Below, piece by piece: positions 1-19,200 of a stretch of 64,000 nucleotides of DNA (positions within the stretch are counted from its first letter, which is position 1; each line of letters begins with the position of its first letter). The DNA lies in contig CM075980.1 in assembly GCA_038087875.1 (NCBI GenBank), positions 28,644,001-28,708,000 of the forward strand, read 5' to 3'. Under the pieces are notes generated by a model. The model saw only the letters and a list, made by a program, of their open reading frames with translations, had not been told where the DNA came from and made no database searches. Origin of the DNA: Malacoraja senta (Eukaryota). The position numbers and the translations under genes are program-made.

Positions 1-899
1 TTTTATCTCATATAAACAACTATGCTCACATTACCCGATAAATACATTGCCGAACATAATTTACTGCTATGGGATATGTATCATGTAAGGGATCAGTGTT
101 GCCTAACAGAGGGCAACAGCTGATGCTGTCCTTGTCTGGACCATTAGCAGTTGCTCACTGAAAGGACAAGTGAACTAAAGTGAATCCTCTTCCAGGCTAC
201 TGTTGCCTATAATGAGGCACTAGTTATACGAAGTTGACTTTGTAGGTTTCCTGACACCAGGCTCCCTAAACTTCTACTCCACTCCAAGCTCTGTCATGGG
301 AACAGATTACAAGGCAGACAGAGAAATGATTCAAAGATGAGGAAATGCAACATTCCCCACTGACCCCTGTGAATCTCAGGTTCATAACCATTCAAAGTGG
401 AGGAGAAACAGTCAGGATGGTATTGAGAACTGTGACATCATGCATCAGGAGCACAACAAAGTCTTGTGTGAGCAACAAAAGGAGATGTCCACCTCGGAAA
501 CCAAACACCCTCCACCCTGTTGGCCACCATCAGTCCAGGAAGAATCTGTGGTTCCTACAATAACCTCATCAGGCAGCTGAGAATCCAAAAAGACTGAACA
601 GAGTAACTCATCCTCCAAGTTACAGGACAGCCTAAGAAGAGGAAGGTCGCACACGCTTTAAACAATCCAAGTGGAGGATAAAACGGTGCAACATTTGACA
701 ATAACTCAGACATTTGCGTAACTTAAATATTAAATATTTTTGATGAATGCAATGCATTCAACTTACCCAGTTTCTGTTCTCCATCTCTGTACCTTCTCCA
801 GACTGAAACCCCAGCATCCTGGTGTTGGTCCATTCCTCATCACTTTACAACGTCACAAAGTTCAGGAATATTGCCATCAACCTTTCCATCTCACTACCT

Positions 900-1165
900 G
901 GTCCTTAACACGCGTGAATCCTCGCTGCCAGTATCCATGACTCACTCATCAATCCAACCAATACTTTGATCCAGGTGGATTCTTCCCTTTGTCCTTTCCA
1001 TTCCTCCACCTCCCTCTCTACAATTTAAAATCTATTAGGTTTCCCCCATTCAGATTGACAATTCCACACGCTCCACTCCACTCTCGTTTCCACAAATGCC
1101 TCCAGATGTACTTTGTGTTTCCAGCACATTTTCTGTTTTTATTTCTGATTTCCGGCATCTGCGCG
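900..1165 (+). mobile_element. Old Penelope-type repeat remnant
   Basis: Ends in ttccagcacattttctgtttttatttctgatttccggcatctgc, an older variant of the ccagcatctgcag tail of the repeat family seen elsewhere in the window. Confidence 0.4.
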
Positions 1166-1698
1166 ATTTTATTTATTTTTATCGCGGTTTAATTAACCAT
1201 CTGCACCAATGACCTTGGTAAGTAAGGCCCTGTGAAGTTCCCTTTGCCTGTTAATTATCTTGGGAGGTATCACTGCAGTCAAAGTGCTGCAGATATGCAG
1301 GTTGTTGCGCGATAACCCGAGGGTGGCGTTTGATCTGAAATCGCCACCAGGAGACACGTCAGCGCTTTGGAGACAACTCCTCGCAGATGCTGGTCAATAC
1401 ACTTGAGGGCAAGTGCACTAGAAACTCCCAGCGTCTGCACGACCTGTTGAACAAAGCCTCAGGTGCTAATATATTAAACAAAAAAAACTCATGTATACAG
1501 AGCAAAAAACAGACTGTTCGAGGAATTCAACAGGCCAGGTAGTATCTGCAAATCCCAATCGACAAATAACTTTAAGGATTGAGAACCCGTCTTCAGTCCC
1601 ACATCTGCGGTCCTTTGTGTGCCCCCCCCCCCCCCCCCATCTCTCCAAAGGGCATTTTACGAACTAGAACTAAAAACGAACAGATTTTAAACGTGCGT

Positions 1699-1823
1699 CG
1701 AACTGCAGATTTGCTCTGAAGATTGACACAAAGTGCTGGAGTAACTCAGCGGGACAGGCAGCATCTCTGGAGAGAAGGAACGAGTAACACTTCGGTCGGA
1801 ACCCTTCTTCAGACTGGGAGTCA
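1699..1823 (-). mobile_element. Short Penelope-type element with mutated hammerhead core
   Basis: Carries the gctggagtaactcagcgggacaggcagcatctctggagagaagg...cccttcttcagact module that recurs at least 12 times in the window. Confidence 0.7.
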
Positions 1824-2605
1824 GGGGGGGGGGGGGGGGAGTCAGATTTGATCTGTCGGAAAATGCCATTCGCTTCTCTTGTACTTAGCCCTTCAATAAG
1901 CTGCTGCTATTTTTCAAAATCATTTTTTTAAAGTCAACATCCCGTCAACGGAAGAGAGATGCATCAGATAATTACACTGTGAAGTGCCATCCTGTACTTG
2001 AAACCAACTTCTCATTTATCGAGCAATCTGAATAAAGCTGTTTACAAAATGAAAGCGATGTTGAAAGATATGTTAGCGGACGTTTTATATTCTGCCGTCT
2101 TTTCATGATGTTTCCAACTGCGGGCTGCGAGTCGGTTTATTATTTTCTTTCGGGCGGTGCCAATGGGATAGACCCCTACAGGACCCCCCTCCCATCCCTC
2201 CCTTTCTGCAGCGCCTTGAACGCTTTTGCAGATCAGCTATGGAGGTTAACTGGTACTGGAGCTCCGCCAGGTGGAATGTATGCGAGCATTCACCTCGCGG
2301 GGCCAAATGCACACAGTGATCGGGCAGCCTTTGTTATGACCTCGACGCGAGCCAGAGCCAATTTGGAGAGCGCTCCGTGCCCCGGCTGGCCTCCGTGAAG
2401 CTGTGCCCCGGAGCTGCGTTTGGTGGGTGCGCCCAGTCTGTGCACATTCAAGCCCGCAGGCAAGCCCAGTGGCCCCTCGCCATTGTTCCGAGGTGTGGAA
2501 AGGGTCAGCGCGGCTGGACACCCCGGCGTCAGTCGTCTGTCAAGCGAACCGGTTGCCAAAAGGAAAGGCTTGTCGCTCCGGCTGAAACAAACTAATTGAC
2601 ACCTC

Positions 2606-2619
2606 CCTATAGATGGCGC
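2606..2619 (+). promoter_or_regulatory. CTCF-like motif
   Basis: CCTATAGATGGCGC within a CpG-rich island at about 2240-2700. Confidence 0.5.
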
Positions 2620-3849
2620 CTCACGCTTCATCGGCTGCAGTAAATCTGCCGGCCGGTTCTGACCCGGCTGAGTAATAGAATGAAGCTGAGGAGAACACAC
2701 ACCTCATCGACATTTATTAACTACGCGTGGTCCTCTGAATTGATCATTATCGTCGTATGTACTTACCAGTCGGCTGTCGACCTACTAAGTAGACTTTGTA
2801 ACATCGCGTCGTATTACTTCAATTTGCACTTGAGTTACACAGTTTGTTTATCTTGTTTGGCAAATTTCCTATCAATTTAAATTTTAGGAGGAAATTATTT
2901 CAGAATTGTTTCCCTTGCTGACTTGCTGATATTTTTTTTTAATTTGTATTTTGGGTTTTTTCCTGCAAATCTACAGGTTATAATCTTCACCTGTACGTCC
3001 AGCCCAACCACATCAAAGTGACACATGAGATTAATTTGAACGTAGGCTTGCTCTTGATCTCGACGTCAGCCTAAGAATCCAACCTGTATAGTTCCGGTAG
3101 GATATAATTGAAAAGTGAAATTATCGTGACTTATGTGAGATATACAAAAATAAGGTATTCTCAGCGGATAAAGAACAGTTCTGTGAATAAATATAACTTA
3201 TTTTTCCGGCGTTTACTGTTATTTAAACGGTTGTAAAAGTAAAGCTACAAAATAGCTATGATGGTTGTAGCTTGGCAGTGCGCTCAATAATTAAATATAA
3301 AGGGTCATACGGGAAAGTAAATGGCCTCATTCATAAAATACCTCCTCTGTGACGTGCGGGGCCTTTATATTGAGCCATCAAACCACACCACCGTATTAAT
3401 TTGATCTTCTCCAGACCACAGAAGGTTTGAAAATATATTGTATTCATTCTAAATAATGAATCCATCGCGTCCCCACCCCCCCCCCCCCCAAACAATTAAT
3501 TTTCAAATAGGCGCAATTATTTTGAAATATATTTTCAATCATTCTTCGTTTTTAATATTACAGCTACCGGAGATGAAAGAAATTGTACATTTTTTAATTT
3601 AACTTTATAAAATAACTCATCTCAGCTTCAGGCCAATTTTTTGGAGGTATTGCCACGGGAACAACACAATAATTATGTTGCACGTTCTATCCCAACAATT
3701 GCACCCCCTCCCCCCCCCCCCCTCAAAAAAGCGGTAATGAAACGATTTTCAATTCTATATCTAGACTGCGATGATTTTTTTTAACGCAGACTGGCCATGG
3801 AGTGACCTTTCCACTCTGCCCGGGTCACTGAGATTATTGAGAGCGCTAA

Positions 3850-3863
3850 CCCCTAGATGGCGC
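3850..3863 (+). promoter_or_regulatory. CTCF-like motif
   Basis: CCCCTAGATGGCGC versus core consensus CCASYAGRKGGCRS (one mismatch). Confidence 0.6.
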
Positions 3864-5504
3864 TCGGTGACCAGGGTAAAGTCCCAAGCTGTTGAAATCA
3901 CACATCAGATCAGCGGAGGCGCCAGGTGAGTTGATACACTGTGATAAAACGAGCAGAGTGCACATTGTTTACCTTGATACAGGAGCGCCGCTGAGGTTAT
4001 TTATTAACATCACCGTCAACAGGTCAGCGGACATTGTTCCCGCGTCATCTTCGGCTTGAAAAGTTAACTTTAAAATAAAATAGCACTTTATGGACGTTTC
4101 ATGAGTTTTCAACGGATGGCGCTTTGAAAAGGTTACGTTTTCTAAATAAATTGCGTTAGTTGCTTAGACATTCGCAGGTTACTAGCCCCAATTGGGTTTA
4201 AAATTAAACAAGTTAGGGCGTGAGTTGCATACATCATAAATAAGAAAACAGTCAACGTAGTTTGCAACCCGGCTGCCCTTTCGCTCTGGGGATTTGCCTT
4301 CTCTCCATGAAACTGACATTACATATGTTTCTTTACGTGACCACAACATTTTGATTAGTCCCCTCGTTCATTAAAGTAAAAAACACACTTGTATTTCCAG
4401 AAACGTGGTATTGAGAATGCCACAAGGCTCCTGCTCTTTTGTTGGGGGGAAAACAAAATGTAGATTCCACTAATGTTAGGCGACATTAAATGAGCCCTCG
4501 CGAATGTATCATGTGGTCTGATGGTTTACAAATTCTAAACTCGAGATCTCAGATCTGAAATCGTGATATCAGAGGGGGGGGGGGGGGGGGTGAGGTAATT
4601 TTGAACACGAATGTTACCCTATTACTTTAAATAAAACACTGCATTTTTCTCCACCGGAGACTAACCGCGTTGTTTTATGTCCAGTGATGCTGTAGTGAAA
4701 CAAAATGCGTCTTCACTACAAATGAGGATGGATATACCATCAACATATTCCTCTGGGATGGTAGAAAGTTACTGTGGTAAATACTCCACGACCTTTACAG
4801 TGGGAATGGTGGGGTTAAAAGTGGGAAATAGATGTGTGAAATAGATGTTTGGTTAAATGATACTCAAAGCAGTTTAACAGGAGTGATGCAGAAGCATATT
4901 GAGGTAGCACAATACAATAGGAAGGTTACATGGCAAAGTGTGAATGCAGTTTACACAGTACAGTGGGAAGAATATTTTACGTTGGGAAATTGGTGCACGA
5001 TAATGGAGAAGATACGTAAACATCCTCTGTGTGATACAGAGGATGAGATCATATTTAAGATTGGGAATAAGTTTATGGAACATAGTGTGGAGGCGATATC
5101 ATACATTGCAAATATAGAATATATTAGGGGACTATTTAACTAACTGCAAAGTAGGTTTAAATGGGACAGTGGGTAGGATAAATTTACAGTTAAAAAGGGA
5201 CGTTGTGTGGTGCGGTAGCAAGGGAGATAGTTTAATGGAGAGTGAAGTAACTAAGGCCAGATAACACAGTGGAGAATGTAGGAAGGACAATGGGCAACCC
5301 AGCGAAAGGATAAATCTCTGTGATCAGTAACCTGAAATTCTCCAAAACCACTTGCAAGAAATTGCATATTTTAACAGCAAGGATGAACCCCTTTATGCTT
5401 GAGGATTAATTGTCAAGTAATATAATGATCTCACAAAACTCATCTGCGGGGGGGGGGGGGGGGGGCAGTATGATTGAATGAAGGTTTGATTGGAATAACA
5501 GGTA

Positions 5505-6296
5505 CAAGAGACTTGGATAAAAATTTATTGAAACATTTTATGAGAACTTCAAAGCAAAACAAATAGTACAAGAAAACCAAGAAAATTCAATATTTTATAA
5601 CACAAAATATACCTTCATTTATTTATTTTAACTCTCGGCACTTTCAAGCTGTAAGCATAAAATTTCCATTCCTTTCGACACACCAAGTACCCCACCCTCC
5701 CCCAAAAGCATCTTCATTACTTTTCAAGCAACAGGTGAGCTTGTGTATTTTATTGTTACTCTAAACTGTAAAGACAGTAGCACTTTAACACTGAAACAAT
5801 GATAAAAGCTAAAAATGGCACATCTTGTACTCTACAAAGGTTTTGTTTTAATGTTGGAAGGTAACACATTACTAGGTAAAATAGTGGTAACAATGCCGGC
5901 ATTCTGATTAATAGGGAGTTGTACTGAAATGGGTATGACTAACAAATAAAGGCTTGCAGCCTTATATACAGAAGTATGTACAACAACAATAAATTAAAGA
6001 ATAATTTCGAGTATTCTAATTTCAGTATATTTACACGTTATCAAATAATTACATAAATACTTTATAATAGTCTCCGTTTCCTTCTGTTATTGCATATATA
6101 TGAAAAGCAGATTGACATCTACAACCCAGCTACCAATGGTGTCCTGAAACTCCCATCTTCCACTTTTCGGCTACTTTTTGTCGCTAATCCGGGAAACTCG
6201 ATATGATCAAGGCTCTACGATAACATTAAAAAAAAGAAACCAGATAATACGTGTGTGACATGCAAAGCCTTGTGGCTTTCGGCCATCACCATCCTA
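5505..6296 (-). other. TBX3 3' UTR with candidate poly(A) signals
   Basis: AU-rich sequence after the stop. Minus-strand AATAAA at 5749-5754, 5617-5626 and 5524-5529. The 3' end is inferred from the last signal. Confidence 0.6.
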
Positions 6297-13845
<7,549 letters not shown>

Positions 13846-14039
13846 CCACTCTCCAGATCTCTGTCGCACGATCACTTATAAGCGGGGCATTTTTGTTGAT
13901 AATATTATTGTTTCTTTTCTTCACATTAACAGAAAGTAAGACTGGTTGGCGGTGGCAGAGCCGAGACGCATCTCTCCAAACAGTCCACTCTGATCTTTCT
14001 CTATGTGTGTGTGTGTATGTGTGCGTGTTGCGAATAGCT

Positions 14040-14110
14040 GAGCCCTGTTGATTGGCTATTTGACGCTTTCGGACCAATTGTGTGGCTCCATAGGCGTGGT
14101 TTTGACAACT
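14040..14110 (-). promoter_or_regulatory. TBX3 core promoter
   Basis: About 200 nt upstream of the ATG: CCAAT boxes at 14051-14055 (-) and 14074-14078 (+), a TGACG CRE half-site at 14061 and a GGCGTGG Sp/KLF box at 14093-14099, all within 50 bp. Confidence 0.6.
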
Positions 14111-14629
14111 AAAGCCGGGGATAGATGAGTTATAAAAAGAAGGTGTCGGAAACTGTAACGTACAGCGAGCATCACTACTTCAGCGGTGTGAATATGTCAA
14201 CATCATTATGGGGGGGGGGTGGGGGGTAATGGAGTGGGCGATAACCAATGGGAGTGCCTTGGGCCGCCTCAGGTGCCCTTTACGGCACCGAGTACCAGGA
14301 AATCGACAAGAAATCATCTATGTTCACAGGCAAGCCCGGCTCGGAGACGGACTCCAAAAGCTGGAGTAATTCAGCGACTCAACCGGCCCCACTGCCCCAT
14401 CCCTGCCGTTACGTTACGTGCTTTTGCTTCCGAAACATCACTGCTCCCTCCTCAACATTCTGCCGCCTACAAACGCCAGCTTGGGCCATTAGCATTTTAT
14501 TTATATTCAATATTGTTTTTATATATGTATTCATTTTGTGCTGCTTTGTCCCTCTTCCCCGGGCCTCTGCGGCAGAGAGCGATTTTGTGTGCTTTAACAA
14601 AAGCAAGCAAGTGCTTAGATTTTATTTAT

Positions 14630-15330
14630 TTATTGGCCACGCTTTCAAACAACAACGAACAGCCTCATTTAACGAGGTGATTTAATTATCAGGACATGGC
14701 GCCTAATGGGCTGCACTTGCTAAAAGACCAAGGGCTCTCTCCTCTCTCTCCCCCTCTCTCCCTCTCCCTCACTCTCTCTCTCTCTCTCTCTTTCTTTCGC
14801 TCTATCGGAGTGCTGCTGCAAAAAGATTTGTAACTGCTAAGCAATCCCATCGGCTAAACGCACGGAGATAGGAGCGGAACATCTAAAGTGATTAGCCCTT
14901 GTAAGATTGCATTTTGGACGCACATGTTTAAGGGCGCTCGGCGCCAGCTCGCTGACGTCGAGTTGTAACTACCGTCGCGTATCACTTTTCGCTTTAAAAC
15001 CCCCAAAATATCGCCTCCCTGATCTGTGAGTATACTCTGACGAATAGCTCGCTCTGACCAGCATCATCCTCCGCGGTTGTAGCCAACGATCTAACGTGGT
15101 TTTATTTGCTTCCCGGTTTTGTTTTGCTCTCTGTCTCTCCCTCCCTCTCTCTCTCTCTCTCCGCTTCTGTGGTGTGGTGAGCCCTTTGGCTCCTTCCTTC
15201 TGCCGCGGATGTCTAACGCACAGCACTTGTCTGACCTGTGGAGAATTGGATGCCGTCAGGGTCTCTTCAAGGCGAGTTCCCCTGAACCTATGCGTGTGCA
15301 TTTTTGTTTGACATCTTGACAAAGAGAGGT
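14630..15330. promoter_or_regulatory. Upstream CpG-rich regulatory region or possible divergent promoter
   Basis: GGCGCC at 14698-14703 and 14940-14945, TGACGTC at 14953-14959, and (CT)n tracts at about 14735-14795 and 15128-15162. Confidence 0.4.
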
Positions 15331-18300
15331 CCTGCTCGGATCTCTGCTTTCTTTAACTTATAATCACCATTTTAAACATTCCATATAACAGTATCATTGC
15401 CAAAAAAAGAGATCGGATCGTGTTGGGATGTAGTCTTTGCAAAGTGGTTATTATTTCTAGAATATCGTGTTGGAAGTGAGTCAGTCGAAGTTATAAATAT
15501 CTATGAAATATGCGCTATAATGTAACGTTTTAAAACGTTTGCTCTAACTTCCGCCAATTATGGCTGACCTCCCAGACTAAGCACTCTGGAGACTCATATT
15601 ATGAAGCGTTAGGGTGGACTAATCTAGGATCAAAAGCAGGAAGGTGCGAACTCCCTTTGTCTCTCCTCGCCCGACTCATTCACCCTCCCGTGTGTGATAA
15701 ATCTACACTGGCGCCAACTCCGTATAGGATGATTAATTTGCGAGCAAACAAAAGGGACTTGATGGCTAGCCATCTTAGTTAAACATTGGCCAATACCGCA
15801 AGCTACTTGTTAGCCGTCAGAGCTTTAAACGTAGTAAGTGCACTGATGTGAAAATTAAAATGGGCTTTGAAAGCATTTACGCCAGCACCAAACGGCTCTG
15901 AAGTGGCTGGGCAACCAGACACCTCACTTCATTAACTATATGCAGACAGAGCAATAGCTCGAAATGATACAGAGGTTTGTTGATTGCTGTTTATCTGAGA
16001 GAGCGGTCACGTTTACATTGGCAAGTTTCTTGTAAATATTCTGTTGGTATGTGTGAGGTCCAACTAGTGCCGATGACATGCTGATTCCTTCCGAAACTTT
16101 TCAGTCCATTCGCGAGCCATTCCAATCGAACCGAACGTGTTACTAAATAAGTTTACACTGCGGCGCCTTTTGTTATTCTGCTGACGGCCAGTTGTAATGA
16201 ACTGACCGCTATTGTAATCCTATATCAATGCAGGTGCGAGAATACTCTAGCGTGTGGCGGTAATCCAAATATTAAAATAAACGCGAATTCACACCAGTAA
16301 AAATAACTTACTTTTAGCACCCGCGTAATTATTGCAAAGTTCATATTAAACCGATGACCCGTCAAATTATAGATGTATATGTTATCAACGTGTATATGTG
16401 CGCCATGTACGCTGTAAGTCTGAGAAATTGTGTTGCAAGGCAGCAAAACAGATATAATCAGCACATTTGTTTATAGTACATTGGGACATCTGTGAATAAT
16501 AATTTATTGTAGATATTCTCTACCGGTTGTCCTTTGAAATAACTATTTTTCATGCACGTACTTCATGCTCTGCTTTTAACTAAAGGCAGCAGTAATTGCT
16601 GTTACAACACATTGGAGCGGCATCTGCCATATTGCATAATAAATGGCAGTTTGCATGCAATTCGGAGTTGGCCTTCATCTTTGAACATCGTTATTGTTGC
16701 CGACTCCCAGTGCGATCTCACTTTCTGTCTTCAGTCTCCAGTTAATCTCCTTGTCTTTTTTCAGACTCCCACTGCCCTTCTCGCCTTTTACTGCACTTTT
16801 CCCCTTCCCCTTATCAAAACAGCCCCGTTCATTGTCCAAGTGACCACACATCTTCCCCTGCTATACGCCAGCTAATCATTGAACTCGTGTGTGTCCTTCC
16901 CCCGACAACTAAACGTACTGCCGTGGCTTCCTGATTCATTCCAACGCTGTAAAAACTTCACAGTTATGATAAAGTTCATGAACTTAATTTCTAACTTCTG
17001 CGAGAAGTGTTCTCCTCGGGGTCATCATTAGAAAGAAACAACGCTCGATCCGAGCTCGCTGTTCTCTTGACAGCCACTTCAATTATCGATCAACCAATTT
17101 AGTGGCAAGGCACGAATTTTGTCCCAATTGTCAACAGTTGTCTCGCGTTCTCTGGAAGAGTCTGCTGCATTATTTTTGGGCTATAGACGAATGTTGGCGC
17201 CAGCTGGTTTAAGCCTTTCACAAACCGCCGTATGTTACGTGTGATCATCCGTTTGTCAATTTTCATTTAGGAACATGTTTTCTGGCGAAATATCCAAGTA
17301 GCCTTTGGATAATGACCAACGTCCTTTTATCTAAGCATAACAGTCCTAATTACGTTTTAAACCAAATCATGATTTGGACAATGCGATGAGATGACAGTCG
17401 AAAATAATTTTTTTTCTTGTGGGAATTTAACTAAGTGGAGTTTCCGTGCGTAACGTATTTAAGGTAACTACTACTGTATCAATGCTTTCTTTGTGTGCTT
17501 TTTGCTACAGAACCGCTGTGCAAAGAAAGGGCTGATACATTAAGAACTACCGGCAACATTATTGCTGATGCGTTTCTCGTAGATCGAGTATGACAAGACC
17601 TACCACTTTAAACGGCAAGGTGACTTTTTATCTCATTTTACCATCAAATTGTGTTTTATAGTCGCACCAATCAGCTTGTGTTGAAATTCTTAGATTGATT
17701 TTTCGAAGGTAAGTGGTGACAGAACTCACACAAGCATACAGATACAGTGAACCTATAATGTAATCTTTTGCGGTGTTTTCGTGATGCGGTAGAGATTGAA
17801 ACAAACCTTCTCTGATACGTATTTCGTAATGTAGTTACTTGCACGGGGCAGCTCAGAGGTACACATGGCCTTGTAGGCATTCGCTCTTTTGGAACTGACA
17901 GCAATTATTGGTGATTGTTTTTAAGTAAGCAAATTTTAAGCAGATGTTTTACATGCTATAGGGATCAATAGATGTATTTTTTTTTCGACGGGGGTGTCTC
18001 GAGTCATCTTACAACAAAAGGGCGTAATAAGTGCAGAAAGAGTGACTGGTGTTTGGTGTGGGTTTACCAGCTATAATAGGTGTGATTTTTAAATAGCTAA
18101 CTTATTTTTTCTTTTATTACCTCAGTAAAGTGCTTTGCCAAATGTATTTGCAATTTTGTTTTCAGATAGCAACGCTTTGTAATTGCATATTACTTGGTGG
18201 AGTTTGCCTCTGATTTCACTTCCACCAAACACTTTACATTTTTGTCTGTTCACTGAATCACCCTACCTGACACTTGCAACCGTTTTCAGCAGCTTCTCAC

Positions 18301-19140
18301 AGAAGCTTCGGCAATTAAACCTTGCCAACGTTGAAATATTAATCTCCTTCTGACTATTGCATGTCTGGAAATGTAAGCAACCGATCTAATTGAGTTGAAG
18401 CAAAAGCAAGGAGCCCCATATCCGAAATGTGTGCACTGGATCTTAGCCTGTGTAAGAAAAAAATCAAATTTATTTTATTCCAAGTACTCATAAGGTCTCT
18501 TGGCATATATTACGATCAAGATCATGTTATTTAAGCTTGATGGCCTGATAATAAGCAAGAATGATACCTTAATCAAACTGTGCTCTAACTGGTGAAGAAT
18601 TAGTAACATGGTATCAACACTGATAAATATTATTATTTATCCTAAAAATGTAAGGAATAATTGCTCAAGTAAAGTTATTGAGGCAAGCTCATCTTGCAAG
18701 TGCCTCGTATCTGTGTAATTTTCTTATACAATAGAATATGAGTTTAATTAAAGAATTAACCATTGGCTCCCTGCCAGTATTAATGTCCTTCTTCAAGGAA
18801 GTAAGTTCATCTTACTTTCCGACATATAATGTAAATACCATATCATCCTGAAATCATTTGTCAACAGCATGATGAAGAATGCTATTCAGATATTTCTGAA
18901 CATATCCATGCACCAAAAAGCTTGCAATGCTCTAGTAAGGTAGCATTGTTCACTATTTTGACATCTGTGGTAACACTGCATTACCACTGGTACAAAAAGT
19001 CTGACATTTATTATAAAAATGTATAGACATTGCAATGAAAGGTGAAACCACTAATTTACTTTAGCCTCATGTAAGGCGATTTTCTAACCGTATTTAGTTG
19101 GATGATATCTATATATGAACAGTGAAAATATATCTTAACT

Positions 19141-19147
<7 letters not shown>

Positions 19148-19198
<51 letters not shown>
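19148..19198. repeat. (CT)n microsatellite
   Basis: About 25 perfect CT units. Confidence 0.95.

Positions 19199-19200
<2 letters not shown>

Noticed and set aside
1322-1348. GGTGGCG...CGCCACC hairpin with weak CTCF-like halves
   Set aside because: A 7-bp stem is compatible with chance and the motif match is poor.
4832-5143. 103-aa ORF
   Set aside because: It lies in a compositionally skewed degenerate repeat and resembles no protein family I recognise.
5637-5786. Two GCACTTT (miR-17 family seed) matches
   Set aside because: They are on the plus strand and the TBX3 mRNA is the minus strand, so they are not target sites.
13846-13875. N-terminal extension [10 protein letters not shown] in the ORF track
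   Set aside because: It starts at GTG. Homology with vertebrate TBX3 begins at the ATG at 13845.
14219-14685. Overlapping 153-aa and 145-aa plus-strand ORFs upstream of TBX3
   Set aside because: No recognisable domain or splice structure; they are probably chance ORFs in promoter DNA.
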